A stretch of 64,000 nucleotides of DNA from an uncultured Syntrophaceae bacterium (GTDB taxonomy: Bacteria > Desulfobacterota > Syntrophia > Syntrophales > UBA2185), in assembly GCA_964541605.1 (NCBI GenBank), contig CAZIQY010000005.1:1220-65219 (forward strand), read 5' to 3'. Under the pieces are notes generated by a model. It saw nothing but the letters and a program-made list of their open reading frames with translations. It had not been told where the DNA came from and did no database searches. Made by a program: the position numbers and the translations under genes. This document shows, piece after piece, positions 36,531 to 46,364 of this stretch (position 1 is the stretch's first letter; every line of letters begins with the position of its first letter).

Positions 36531-37961
36531 TCAACGGGATTGACGATTATCCGTTACAAGAATTTTCGGTTCCATCATGTCGCAGATGGCATATTTCACG
36601 CCTTCTCTACCAAGACCGGAATCCTTGATTCCCCCGTAGGGCATGTGGTCCACCCGGAATGTCGGCACGTCGTTAATGATGACGCCTCCCACCTCCAATC
36701 GATCAAAAGCCATATTGATGTCGTTCATGCGGTTTGTAAAGACCCCGGCCTGGAGTCCGAATGGCGTGTCATTGACCAGACGAATGGCTTCTTCAAAATC
36801 CGTATAGGGTTCGACCGTAACGACAGGTCCGAAAATCTCAAGGCAGTTCACTTTCATGGACGCTTCCGTGTTTGTGAGAACCGTCGGTTCAAAGAACGAT
36901 CCCTTTCGGTTCCCCCCGCAGAGGATGGCCGCTCCACGCTGAACGGCTTCCGTCACCCAGCTCTCGACCCTGCGGGCATTGGGCTCGTCGATCATGACGG
37001 AAATCTGTGTTTCGGGATGCAGGGGATCGCCCGATTTCAGGGTTTTTGCACCCTCAACAAATTTTTCCGTAAAGTCATCGAAGACGGGTTTCTCCACGAA
37101 TATTCTCTGGGCATGAATACAGACCTGACCGGAATAGGCAAAACCTCCGATCAGGCATCTTTTCACGGCGAAATCAATATCGGCGCTTCGGGTTACGATG
37201 ACGCCGGCGTTTCCTCCGAGCTCAAGCACCACTTTCTTCTTACCCGCTTCTCGCTTCATCTGCCATCCGACCTTGGGTGAGCCTGTAAACGTGAGCAGCT
37301 TGAATCTTTCATCGGTCACCAGCTTTTCCCCCGTTGTTCTGTTCATGGGGATGATAGACAATGCGCCTTTTGGAAGCGGCGTTTCATCAACAATCCTTGC
37401 AAGTTCAAGCGTGGACAGCGGGGTTGCGGATGCGGGTTTCAAGATGATGGGGCATCCCGCCGCAATGGCCGGCGCGATCTTATGGGCTGCAAGGTTCATC
37501 GGGAAGTTGAATGGAGAAATTCCGGCCACCAGGCCGAGGGGAAAATATTTAACCATACCTTCCCTGTTGACACCGGCGGAGCTCCAGTCGAGGCTGATAT
37601 ATTCTTTGGGAAGCCGTTTTGATTCCTCTGCCGCAATCAGGAAAGTCTGAGCGGAACGATCAATTTCAGCGGCTGCATAGACCATGGGTTTTCCCGCTTC
37701 CTGTGCAAGAACACCGGCCAGGTAGTCTTTTTTGAGAATTAATTCTTTGGAAACATGGAAGAGAATTTCATAACGCCGGAAGGAGCTCAGGCTCTTCATG
37801 GTGTTTTCAACAGACTGCGCCCTGTCAATGGCAGCCTCGAGTTCATTTTCACCGGCAAGATACGTTTCGGCAAATGCCCGGCCTGTATATGGATTGGCAA
37901 CCTGCAGGATTTCAGATGTTTTTTGAAAAGAACCCCCGACATAAATATCGTATGTATTCAT
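36531..37961 (-). CDS. NAD(P)+-dependent aldehyde dehydrogenase
   Basis: It has ALDH-family motifs: FPMNLAAHKIAPAIAAGCP, VLELGGNAG and GFAYSGQVCIHAQR (catalytic Cys). It is 476 aa. Confidence 0.9.
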   Translation of the reverse strand: MNTYDIYVGGSFQKTSEILQVANPYTGRAFAETYLAGENELEAAIDRAQSVENTMKSLSSFRRYEILFHVSKELILKKDYLAGVLAQEAGKPMVYAAAEIDRSAQTFLIAAEESKRLPKEYISLDWSSAGVNREGMVKYFPLGLVAGISPFNFPMNLAAHKIAPAIAAGCPIILKPASATPLSTLELARIVDETPLPKGALSIIPMNRTTGEKLVTDERFKLLTFTGSPKVGWQMKREAGKKKVVLELGGNAGVIVTRSADIDFAVKRCLIGGFAYSGQVCIHAQRIFVEKPVFDDFTEKFVEGAKTLKSGDPLHPETQISVMIDEPNARRVESWVTEAVQRGAAILCGGNRKGSFFEPTVLTNTEASMKVNCLEIFGPVVTVEPYTDFEEAIRLVNDTPFGLQAGVFTNRMNDINMAFDRLEVGGVIINDVPTFRVDHMPYGGIKDSGLGREGVKYAICDMMEPKILVTDNRQSR

Positions 37962-38020
37962 CCTGTTTCTCCTTTCCGTTTTTGTAAAAGTCTTAATCCC
38001 GTCATTCCCGTGCCTCCCCT

Positions 38021-38088
38021 GTCATCCCCGCGCAGGCGGGGATCCATGCAGCCTTTTGTACACCTGGATTCCGTGTCAAGCACGGAAT
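38021..38088. repeat. REP-like element cluster (27-nt unit gtcatccccgcgcaggcggggatccat plus hairpin attccgtg-tcaag-cacggaat)
   Basis: The hairpins are read directly from the sequence. The 27-nt unit recurs as a perfect reverse complement at 38650-38676. Confidence 0.75.
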
Positions 38089-38329
38089 GACGGTAAAGGT
38101 TTTGTTTTCATACTATTGACGAAGAATACGAATTCATCACATCATTTTTGTTAATGGTGTTCGACATGAAGTCGAGAAATAAATGACGCAAAATTCATGT
38201 GATGTCAAGAAAAAGCGTTTTATGCGTCCGCAGGTAAAACAGGCTTTTTTGTCTGTTGACACCGTGTCATCCTTTTCCTATACTGCCCCAAGCCGAATGA
38301 TATTGTTTGCCGGAGAGAAGATTGATCTC

Positions 38330-38596
38330 ATGAAATACTGGAGAAAACCCCTTGATCTGGAAAGCATCAAGGCAAGCAGGGGAAGGGTGATTGTTATCGC
38401 GGACCGGTGCAAGGGCTGCGGATTCTGTGTTGAATACTGTCCGCGAGATGTGCTTGCCATGTCGTCGGCATTCAATGTGAGAGGGTATCACACGCCCGTG
38501 GTGCTCAATGAGTCGAAATGTGTTAATTGTCATTTCTGTGAAGATCTGTGTCCCGAATTTGCGATCTTTTCCTTGGAGGCAACTGAAGCAGAATGA
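38330..38596 (+). CDS. 2-oxoacid:ferredoxin oxidoreductase, delta (ferredoxin) subunit (copy 2)
   Basis: It has [12 protein letters not shown] and [12 protein letters not shown] motifs. The start at 38330 (MKYWRK) is preferred, because the track ORF from 38183 runs through non-coding-looking sequence. Confidence 0.8.
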   Translation: MKYWRKPLDLESIKASRGRVIVIADRCKGCGFCVEYCPRDVLAMSSAFNVRGYHTPVVLNESKCVNCHFCEDLCPEFAIFSLEATEAE

Positions 38597-38612
38597 AGGC
38601 ATGAAGCGTTCA

Positions 38613-38676
38613 TCCCGTGCAAACGGGAAGCAATACCCTCGTAATAACAATGGATCCCCGCCTGCGCGGGGATGAC
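38613..38676. repeat. REP-like elements within the korD2-korA2 intergenic spacer (hairpin tcccgt-gcaa-acggga plus an inverted copy of the 27-nt unit)
   Basis: 38650-38676 (atggatccccgcctgcgcggggatgac) is the exact reverse complement of 38021-38047. The spurious ORF 38530-38721 translates it as VIPAQAGIH. Confidence 0.75.
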
Positions 38677-38724
38677 AGTGGTGTAGGGAATGATGACACA
38701 GCCTCTTCGTAAGAATGACAATTC

Positions 38725-39906
38725 ATGTTTTCAGGAGATAAACGCGTGGCCGCTAAAGCCGTATTGACAGGAACCTATTTTATGAATGGAGATGATGCCT
38801 GCTGCGAGGGTGCTCTGGCCGCCGGATGCCGCTTTTTCGCGGGTTATCCGATCACACCGGCGACTGAGATCGCGGAGCGCATGTCACGCAGGCTTCCGGA
38901 TCTCGGGGGGGTATATATTCAGATGGAGGACGAGATTGCCTCTATGGCGGCCATCATGGGAGCAAGCTGGGGAGGCGTGAAGGCCATGACCAGTACGTCC
39001 GGTCCGGGATTTTCTCTGATGATGGAGAATATCGGTCTCGGCATCTGCACCGAGACGCCCTGCGTCGTCTGTAACGTGCAGCGGGCAGGACCAAGCACGG
39101 GGCTCCCGACGCTTGTCGGCCAGGGAGACATGATGCAGGCCCGCTGGGGGTCGCACGGCCACTACGAAATGATTGCACTTTCTCCCTCCAGCCCTCAGGA
39201 GATGTTTGATTTCACTATCCGTGCCTTTAACTTAAGCGAACAGTACCGTATACCCGTCATCATTATGGCCGATGAAGTGGTCGGCCATTTGACCGAGCGA
39301 GTGGTGATTCCGCCTGAGGGGGAAATCGAGTTGGTCGCACGGCGAAAACCTGCCGTGCCTCCGGATGAGTATCTGCCGTATCGGCCGGATCAAGACGGGG
39401 TGGCTCCCATGGCCGGCTGCGGCGAAGGTTACCGGATCCACATCACGGGGCTCACCCATGACGAGCACGGTTATCCGGGAATGAACGTCGAAACGCAGGC
39501 GCAGATGGTCAATCGCCTGATCGGGAAAATCCGCAATAACAAAGACAGGATCATCCGGACGGAAAATATTTGCCTGGATGATGCCGAGGTCGTGATTGTG
39601 GCATACGGGATCAGTGCGCGGTCGGCCACGCGGGCTGTCCGTGAGGCGCGGTCAGCGGGAATACGCGCCGGTCTCATAAAACTTGAAACGGTCTGGCCCT
39701 TTCCCGAGACGCTGATCCGGGACATTGCGAGGCGCGTGCGCGCTCTCATCATGCCTGAAATCAACGCCGGCCAGATGGTTCTTGAATTGGAGCGCTGCGC
39801 CGGAGGCGCCTGCCCTGTAAGGCTGGTCTCTCACCTCGGTGGCTCCATCATCCATCCCGGGGCTATCCTTGGCGCCATGAAAGATGCCTTGAAGAGGAAA
39901 CAATGA
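38725..39906 (+). CDS. 2-oxoacid:ferredoxin oxidoreductase, alpha subunit (copy 2)
   Basis: GDDACCEGALAAGCRFFAGYPITPATEI and MEDEIASMAAIMGASWGG parallel copy 1. Confidence 0.9.
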   Translation: MFSGDKRVAAKAVLTGTYFMNGDDACCEGALAAGCRFFAGYPITPATEIAERMSRRLPDLGGVYIQMEDEIASMAAIMGASWGGVKAMTSTSGPGFSLMMENIGLGICTETPCVVCNVQRAGPSTGLPTLVGQGDMMQARWGSHGHYEMIALSPSSPQEMFDFTIRAFNLSEQYRIPVIIMADEVVGHLTERVVIPPEGEIELVARRKPAVPPDEYLPYRPDQDGVAPMAGCGEGYRIHITGLTHDEHGYPGMNVETQAQMVNRLIGKIRNNKDRIIRTENICLDDAEVVIVAYGISARSATRAVREARSAGIRAGLIKLETVWPFPETLIRDIARRVRALIMPEINAGQMVLELERCAGGACPVRLVSHLGGSIIHPGAILGAMKDALKRKQ

Positions 39907-40799
39907 AAGTCCGAAAAACAAAAGAGAGCCCGCCGCCGCATCCCCTGGAAAAATTGCTCAGAAGCGAGCGGCTTCCGCACATCTGGTGTTCCGGTTGCGG
40001 GATCGGCACCGTTTTCAGTTCCGTGATGGCAGCGATCCAGAAATCCGGTTACGATCCTGACAGGATCGCCGTCGTTTCCGGGATTGGTTGTACCGCACGT
40101 ATGGCCGGATATATCCGACTGGATTCCTTTCATACAACCCACGGCCGGGCCATACCGTTTGCCACTGGCCTGAAACTGGCCAGACCGGATATCAAGGTAC
40201 TCGTCATCTCCGGCGACGGCGACCTTTTGGCTATCGGAGGCAATCATTTCATCCATGCGGCGAGGCGGAACATCGACATCACCGTTGTCTGCGTGAACAA
40301 CTTAAACTACGGAATGACGGGCGGTCAGCTTGCACCGAGCACCCCTCTCGGCGCGAAGACCACCACCAGCGCCCTCGGGTGTCCCGAGGAACCTTTCAAT
40401 TTCTGCTATCTCGCCTCGGCGTGCGGCGCCGTGTATGTGGCGCGATGGACCACCCTGCATATCCGAAGAATCACGAATTCCATTACCGACGCCATGCAGA
40501 AGAAGGGCTTCGGCTTTGTCGAGATCCTCGCCCCGTGTCCCACATCGTTCGGGCGCCGCAATAAAATCGGCAGCGCCCTGGACATGCTGAAGTTTTATCA
40601 TGAGCGTTCGGTGATTCGTAACGACATCGATCCGAAGGATGCCTCCGTGGACTTTGAAAATCACATTGTCCTCGGAAAGTTTGTGGATACGGAAAGACCG
40701 ACATTTATGGACAACTATCAGATGGCGTGCAATGGCCGGATCGGCAACTGGCTGGATCCCAACAGAGCGATTGCACCGGAAAATGAGGCGGGTCGGTGA
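39903..40799 (+). CDS. 2-oxoacid:ferredoxin oxidoreductase, beta subunit (copy 2)
   Basis: It has HIWCSGCGIGTV and GDGDLLAIGGNHFIHAARRN motifs. Confidence 0.9.
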   Translation: MKVRKTKESPPPHPLEKLLRSERLPHIWCSGCGIGTVFSSVMAAIQKSGYDPDRIAVVSGIGCTARMAGYIRLDSFHTTHGRAIPFATGLKLARPDIKVLVISGDGDLLAIGGNHFIHAARRNIDITVVCVNNLNYGMTGGQLAPSTPLGAKTTTSALGCPEEPFNFCYLASACGAVYVARWTTLHIRRITNSITDAMQKKGFGFVEILAPCPTSFGRRNKIGSALDMLKFYHERSVIRNDIDPKDASVDFENHIVLGKFVDTERPTFMDNYQMACNGRIGNWLDPNRAIAPENEAGR

Positions 40800-41380
40800 T
40801 CATGAATCAAGAAAAACATGTCCTGATAACGGGTTTCGGCGGTCAGGGAATCATCATGGCCGGTGACATCCTGGGGAAGGCCGCCACACTCCATGATAAA
40901 AAATTTGCCGCCATGACACAGGCCTACGGCCCGGAGGCGCGGGGCGGCGCCTGCTCTGCCCAGGTTATTATCAGCGGTGAGGAAATTCTCTTCCCCCATA
41001 TTACGGAGCCGGAGGTGATCATCTGCCTGAGCCAGGAAGGCTATTCTAAAAATGTGGGAAGCCTTCGTCGCCGGGGTACCATCATTTGGGACACAGACCT
41101 TGTCCGGACGAAAAAACTTGATCCCGGGTGGACCGCCTACCATATTCCGGCAACCCGTTTTGCCGAAGAGCTGGGAAACAAAATGATGGCGAATATCGTC
41201 ATGCTCGGTTTTTTAGCGGCGGTATGCGATCTGGTGAGCATCCGGGCCGTGCGGGAAGCCGCCCTGTCTTCCGTGCCGGGGGCGACGAGGGAAACGAACG
41301 CGCGGGCCTTTGAGCGTGGACGTGAGTATGGCGAGGCCATTCTCAAGAGCAGAGCAAAAAAGGACAGGCTCAAAGATTAG
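40796..41380 (+). CDS. 2-oxoacid:ferredoxin oxidoreductase, gamma subunit (copy 2)
   Basis: It has GFGGQGIIMAGDILGKAA and AYGPEARGG motifs. Confidence 0.9.
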   Translation: MIMNQEKHVLITGFGGQGIIMAGDILGKAATLHDKKFAAMTQAYGPEARGGACSAQVIISGEEILFPHITEPEVIICLSQEGYSKNVGSLRRRGTIIWDTDLVRTKKLDPGWTAYHIPATRFAEELGNKMMANIVMLGFLAAVCDLVSIRAVREAALSSVPGATRETNARAFERGREYGEAILKSRAKKDRLKD

Positions 41381-41382
41381 CG

Positions 41383-44300
41383 ATGCGCAAACGTTCCTCA
41401 TCCCGTGCCCTGAAAAGGGCGGTTCTTTTAATCGGCTCCGGTTACGGCGCCCTGAAGGTGGCGCAGGATCTTTCGCAATCCGGTCTGCCCCTGGTCTGGG
41501 TTACGAAGGCGATTCACTTCCTGGAGCTTCCGGGGGGAGTGGAACATTTTACCGAGTGGCCCATCGATCTGGATTACCAGTTCCGTCCACTTTATCTGCA
41601 GGTTACACGCCATCCGCTGGTGACGGCCATGACCCATGCGCGGGTTGAAGCCATCAGCCGGGGGGCTGACGGATATCGGGCCGACATCGTACAGGATCCC
41701 GTATATGTGGACTATGATCTCTGCACGGGCTGCGGGCGGTGCATGGATGTCTGCCCGCTTCAGGACTCGGACCATCCTCCCTTGAGAAGAACGCCGGCTT
41801 ATTGCCCTTCACGCGCCCTGGATATGGATAAGCGCACGCTGAGCCCTTGCCGGACGAGCTGTCCTCTGGGTGTAAATGTTCAAGCCTACATGGCGCTTAC
41901 CGCGGCTTCCCGCTTCGATGAAGCCCTTGATGTCATCCGCCAGGACAATCCCCTGCCGGGCATCTGCGGGCGTGTCTGCCATCACCCCTGCGAGGAGGCC
42001 TGCCGCCGCGGCACACTGGATGAAGGGGTGGCCATCTGCGCCGTCAAGCGGTTTCTTGCCGATCTGGAGGCGACAAAGCAGCGGCCAAGGCTGCCCGAAG
42101 CGACAAATAAGGAAAGATCGGAGGAGGTGGCAATCATCGGGGGCGGACCGGCGGGTCTCACTGCCGCCTATTTTCTCAACAGGGAAGGCTTTCGTGTCAC
42201 CATATTTGAATCCCATCACGAGGCGGGCGGTATGCTCCGGGTGGGAATCAACGCCTTCCGGCTTCCCCGTCATGTCCTGGATGCGGAGATACAGGCCATT
42301 GTCGACGCCGGAGTGGAAATCCGTACGGCAGAGCCGGTACATTCAATAAAAGACCTGTTCGACCGGGGCTTCCGGGCCGTGATCCTGTGCACGGGTGCGC
42401 ATAGCGATCTTCGTCTTGGCATTCCCGGCGAGAAGGCGGAGGGTGTCTTCGGCGCCCTGGAGATGCTGAGGAACCTGAACACGGGAATGGTCGCCAATAT
42501 TCGGGGCCGCGTGGCCGTCATCGGCGGCGGCAATTCTGCCATCGACGCGGCCCGCGCTGCCATCCGGCTGGGAGCGGAGGAAGTGACCGTCTGTTACCGC
42601 AGAAAGCGGAACGACATGCCGGCTCATTCTTCAGAAATCAGGGCGGCGAAAGAAGAGGGGATAAAGGTAGAATTCCAGGTGGCGCCGGTACGCGTTGTTA
42701 CCCGGAAGGGAAGGGTGGCGGGCATCAGGATGATTCGCATGAAACCCGGCGCCCTCGATGACAGCGGGCGTAGAAAACCGGAACCGGTCAAGGGGTCGGA
42801 GTTCTTTAGACCCGCCGACACTCTCATCGTTGCCGCGGGACAGCGCCCCCAGCTGCGGGAAACAGATCTCGGAAGCCCGTTTGTCTTCGGCCGCAGTGAC
42901 AGGATTCACGTCGATAAGGCATTTTCCACTTCGCAGACCGGCGTTTTTGCCGCCGGGGATGTCGTGACAGGGCCTGACACCGTCGTCGGTTCCATGTCAC
43001 AGGGACGCCGTGCCGCGGCGCGGGTGGTCGAATATCTGACGGGAGCGTTTCCCTTCTGGGGCAAGCCGCAGGACGAGCCCCGCGGCGCGGGAGAATACCT
43101 TGAAATATCCGGAAACGTTCCCCGCAGGGCACGGCAGGCGACAATCCCACGGCAGCCCAAGGTGAGACGTCGCGACTTTGATGAGGTGGATCAGGGCTTC
43201 ACCCCCGAACAGGCGGTTGCCGAGGCGTCTCGCTGTATTCAATGCAGTTCCTGTTGTGAATGCCGCCTTTGCGAGGCAGCCTGTGGTGAAATCGGCGCCA
43301 TTGATCATTTCAGAGATTTCAGGCGTGTGACCATTTCGAGCCCCGCGGTGATCGTGGCAAGCGATGAAGAGGCGGCACACCTGAACATCACCCATCAGGC
43401 GGGCATTTATCGCATGGGAGACTTCCGGCGCGCCACCGACCTCGTAAATGTGTTGATGGCTGGAAGCGCAGCGGCGGGCCGGGCCATGGCGGAGTGCGCC
43501 TCGTTGAGGATTCCGGGAATCCCCGAGGCACCGGTTTCCTCCGGATTTGGACCGGATGCGCGGTTCGCGGTGTTCACATGCACATGCAATGGAACCCTGG
43601 CACCCCCGGGCGCTCTTGATCGTATCCGGAACATGGCAAAAGGTATGCCCGGCGTGGTTCACAGTGAGCTGGTGTTTTCCGCCTGCCACCCGCGCGGAGC
43701 GGAACAGATTGCCGCCGCTGTGAAGCGGCACGGAGTAGGAAGGGTCATTCTGGCTTCGTGTGTTTGCTGTCCTCTGGAGTTTCAGTGCATTTCCTGTAAC
43801 GATCAGCGAAATCGCGCCCGGATCCATCTTTTTGACAGGCTCGGCCTTGACCGTAACCGGGTTGAAACGATCAACATCAGGGATCATCTTGGCGCAGACG
43901 AGCCGTCCGAGGATGTGCTTGTGGATAGAATGCGCGATTTTCTGCGGGAGGCTTTCATCCGCGCAAGGTTCATGGGGCCGCTCCGGCAGGGCGTCACGAA
44001 AATCGGGAACCGGATCCTGATCCTTGGAGGATCCGACGTAGGTCTGAGCTGCGCCCTTAACCTGAATATGCAGGGGTTCAAGGTTCGACTGGTTCATAAA
44101 TGTCTTCTGCCGGGGGGCAGGGATCTGTCGAAGGATATCCGGGAAAGGCCGGTAAACCGCATCGCGGGAAAATCCATTGCACAGATTAATGAGGCCCTGG
44201 TTGAGGGGATCAAGGGGCACCTGGGAGATTTTACGGTGACGGTCCGGGACGAAGACGTGCGCAGGCAGCTTCAAGCCGATATTGTCTGTCTTGCCGACCT

Positions 44301-44754
44301 GAATGTTTTGTCTCTGGCGATTCCCGTGGGCATGTTCGGCCTTAAAAAGTTCTATCGCTACAACTTCAAGTTCTTTCACAGTCCGCAGATCGGCGTTTAC
44401 CGGGTGATGCCCAGGACGCTAAAGAGAGTCACGGCCTTCCAGGCGGGAGCCGCCCTGGCGGCGCACGTGGCCACAACGGCTGCCGAGGCCTTTCTGAAAG
44501 ACCACGAGCTCAGTCCCAGGGTGGACAGGGAGCGTTGCCGCGGTTGCGGCCGATGCGTGGAAATATGTCCTTTCGACGCCGTTACCCTCGTTCCCAATGA
44601 GCGCGGCTTATACACGGCGAAAGTATTGCGCCACAACTGCGTCGGATGCGGCGGCTGCGTGGGACGCTGTCCCGTGACGGCCATGGATATGCCCTATTTT
44701 ACCAACCGCCTCCTCGAAGAGATCGTGGCGGGCGCACTGGCAGGGAGAGAATGA
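41383..44754 (+). CDS. Giant HdrA-like / NADPH-oxidoreductase (GltD/NfnB-like) fusion flavoprotein (HdrL-type, 1123 aa)
   Basis: The domains, in order: an N-terminal FAD fold (VLLIGSGYGALKVAQ); CTGCGRCMDVCP; a GltD-type region (CPLGVNVQAYMAL..NPLPGICGRVCHHPCEEACRR, VAIIGGGPAGLTAAYFL, VAVIGGGNSAIDAAR, AAGDVVTGP); CIQCSSCCECRLCEAAC; an HdrA-like C-terminal half (ILILGGSDVGLSCA); and a terminal 2x[4Fe-4S] domain (CRGCGRCVEICP, CVGCGGCVGRCP). Confidence 0.8.
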   Translation: MRKRSSSRALKRAVLLIGSGYGALKVAQDLSQSGLPLVWVTKAIHFLELPGGVEHFTEWPIDLDYQFRPLYLQVTRHPLVTAMTHARVEAISRGADGYRADIVQDPVYVDYDLCTGCGRCMDVCPLQDSDHPPLRRTPAYCPSRALDMDKRTLSPCRTSCPLGVNVQAYMALTAASRFDEALDVIRQDNPLPGICGRVCHHPCEEACRRGTLDEGVAICAVKRFLADLEATKQRPRLPEATNKERSEEVAIIGGGPAGLTAAYFLNREGFRVTIFESHHEAGGMLRVGINAFRLPRHVLDAEIQAIVDAGVEIRTAEPVHSIKDLFDRGFRAVILCTGAHSDLRLGIPGEKAEGVFGALEMLRNLNTGMVANIRGRVAVIGGGNSAIDAARAAIRLGAEEVTVCYRRKRNDMPAHSSEIRAAKEEGIKVEFQVAPVRVVTRKGRVAGIRMIRMKPGALDDSGRRKPEPVKGSEFFRPADTLIVAAGQRPQLRETDLGSPFVFGRSDRIHVDKAFSTSQTGVFAAGDVVTGPDTVVGSMSQGRRAAARVVEYLTGAFPFWGKPQDEPRGAGEYLEISGNVPRRARQATIPRQPKVRRRDFDEVDQGFTPEQAVAEASRCIQCSSCCECRLCEAACGEIGAIDHFRDFRRVTISSPAVIVASDEEAAHLNITHQAGIYRMGDFRRATDLVNVLMAGSAAAGRAMAECASLRIPGIPEAPVSSGFGPDARFAVFTCTCNGTLAPPGALDRIRNMAKGMPGVVHSELVFSACHPRGAEQIAAAVKRHGVGRVILASCVCCPLEFQCISCNDQRNRARIHLFDRLGLDRNRVETINIRDHLGADEPSEDVLVDRMRDFLREAFIRARFMGPLRQGVTKIGNRILILGGSDVGLSCALNLNMQGFKVRLVHKCLLPGGRDLSKDIRERPVNRIAGKSIAQINEALVEGIKGHLGDFTVTVRDEDVRRQLQADIVCLADLNVLSLAIPVGMFGLKKFYRYNFKFFHSPQIGVYRVMPRTLKRVTAFQAGAALAAHVATTAAEAFLKDHELSPRVDRERCRGCGRCVEICPFDAVTLVPNERGLYTAKVLRHNCVGCGGCVGRCPVTAMDMPYFTNRLLEEIVAGALAGRE

Positions 44755-44755
44755 C

Positions 44756-45187
44756 ATGGAGCCCGTCCGGATCCTTGGAATTTGCTGCAACTGGAGCCCT
44801 TTTGTCTGCTATAACGCCGCCGGGATGACGGGATTGAATATGCCGTCAAACTTTCGTCTGATACGGGTCATGTGCATCGGCCGCATCAATCAGGCCCTGA
44901 TATTGAGGGCATTTGAGTTCGGAGCGGACGGGGTCATCCTTCTGGAATGCAAGGACGAGGATTGCCGCTATGGCCCGGGCCCGGAGGTGGGTCATGAAAA
45001 CGTGAACCGCGTCCGCAAACTTCTTCACCTGCTGGGAATCAGTCAGGAGCGCTTGGTGGAGCGTACCTTTGGCGCCCACGAAAAAGTGGCGCTTGTCCAG
45101 ACTGTGTGGAAGTTTGCCGTGGAAATTGACGCGCTGGGTCCTCTAAAGAAAAGAAGCGACGGGAAACCGGTAAGGACAACGATGTGA
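44756..45187 (+). CDS. mvhD: MvhD/FlpD-like (methyl-viologen-reducing hydrogenase delta subunit family) protein
   Basis: ILGICCNWSPFVCYNAAG...LIRVMCIGRINQALILRAFEFGADGVILLECKDEDCRYGPG is the MvhD-family pattern. Confidence 0.85.
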   Translation: MEPVRILGICCNWSPFVCYNAAGMTGLNMPSNFRLIRVMCIGRINQALILRAFEFGADGVILLECKDEDCRYGPGPEVGHENVNRVRKLLHLLGISQERLVERTFGAHEKVALVQTVWKFAVEIDALGPLKKRSDGKPVRTTM

Positions 45188-46347
45188 ACGATCCCAGAAT
45201 CGATCAGATGATTGTGGATATGTCGCTGTACCAGTGCCTCGAATGCGGCAAGTGCACGGCATCCTGCCCGCGGAGGCTTTCGGGGAAGGAATACTCTCCC
45301 CGGCTTCTGGCGCACAAGGTGATCGCCGAGCGGGAAGACGAGGCCTACATCGAGAATTCGGTCTGGGAATGCCTGACCTGCGGCATGTGCCGCGAACGAT
45401 GCCCCTCCGGCGTGGATTTCAACCGCTTCATCCTGGAAATGCGCGCCATGCTTGCCGAGACAAAGGGATTGAAAGGTTACCGGGCCCATGACGGCGCCAT
45501 CCATTCCTGGATGAGAATGATGACCACCCCCGGCCTCAAGCAAAACCGTCTCGACTGGGTTGATAGTGATATCCAGGTTGCCCGTTCCGGCGAGGTGGCG
45601 TTCTTTGCCGGGTGTGCACCCTATTTTGACGTATTTTTTGCCGGCATCGAGGTGGACACGATCTCCATCGCGAAAGACAGCATACGGCTCCTCAACTTCC
45701 TGGACATCAAGCCGGTCCTGCTGCCGGATGAACGGTGCTGCGGCCATGACCTGCTATGGTCGGGAGACGTTGAAAATTTCGAAGCCCTCTGCCGGCTGAA
45801 CTTCAAGACCTTCAAAGATGCCGGGATCAGGGAGATCATCGTTTCGTGTCCCGAGTGTTACCAGGTCTTAAGTGAACACATGCCCGGAATCGTTTCCGGT
45901 TTCGACATAAAAGTCACTTTGCTTATCGACCTTCTGCAGCAGGAATTGAAGAAGGGTGGACTGGCCTTCCGGCCGCTTAAAAGAAAAGCCACTTTTCAGG
46001 ACCCGTGCCGGCTCGTTCGCATGCTGGACCGCTCTTCCGGTCCGCGGGAGCTGCTCGGCCTCGTTCCGGAAATGACGTTTGTAGAGATGGAAAACTCCGG
46101 CAGGGGCGCGCTTTGCTGTGGAAACTGCGGTTTCATCAATTGCGATGCCTATTCCAAGCAGATTCAGGTGGCGCGGCTCAAGGAGGCGAAGGCGACCGGC
46201 GCCGATCTCCTCATTACCGCGTGTCCCAAGTGTATGATCCACCTGACCTGCACGATCCGGGACCGGATGAGGCACGGGAAAAAGATAAAGATGGAAATAC
46301 GGGATCTGGCATCCGTTCTCGCTGACGGGATCGAATACAGCGGATAG
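45184..46347 (+). CDS. HdrC/HdrB-like fusion (HdrD-type: 2x[4Fe-4S] plus two CCG domains)
   Basis: It has [12 protein letters not shown] and [12 protein letters not shown], followed by CCG motifs ([24 protein letters not shown]). Its GTG start overlaps the mvhD stop. Confidence 0.8.
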   Translation: MNDPRIDQMIVDMSLYQCLECGKCTASCPRRLSGKEYSPRLLAHKVIAEREDEAYIENSVWECLTCGMCRERCPSGVDFNRFILEMRAMLAETKGLKGYRAHDGAIHSWMRMMTTPGLKQNRLDWVDSDIQVARSGEVAFFAGCAPYFDVFFAGIEVDTISIAKDSIRLLNFLDIKPVLLPDERCCGHDLLWSGDVENFEALCRLNFKTFKDAGIREIIVSCPECYQVLSEHMPGIVSGFDIKVTLLIDLLQQELKKGGLAFRPLKRKATFQDPCRLVRMLDRSSGPRELLGLVPEMTFVEMENSGRGALCCGNCGFINCDAYSKQIQVARLKEAKATGADLLITACPKCMIHLTCTIRDRMRHGKKIKMEIRDLASVLADGIEYSG

Positions 46348-46364
46348 AGGAGAGAGGGGGATCA

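Noticed and set aside
38530-38721. 63-aa ORF containing VIPAQAGIH
   Set aside because: It is the translation of the REP-like palindromic element, a known source of spurious hypothetical proteins.
42997-44379. 460-aa ORF antisense to the HdrL-like gene (plus the smaller antisense ORFs 41809-42342 and 42270-42563)
   Set aside because: It has no recognisable motifs and a biased composition. The sense strand encodes well-conserved FAD and Fe-S motifs.
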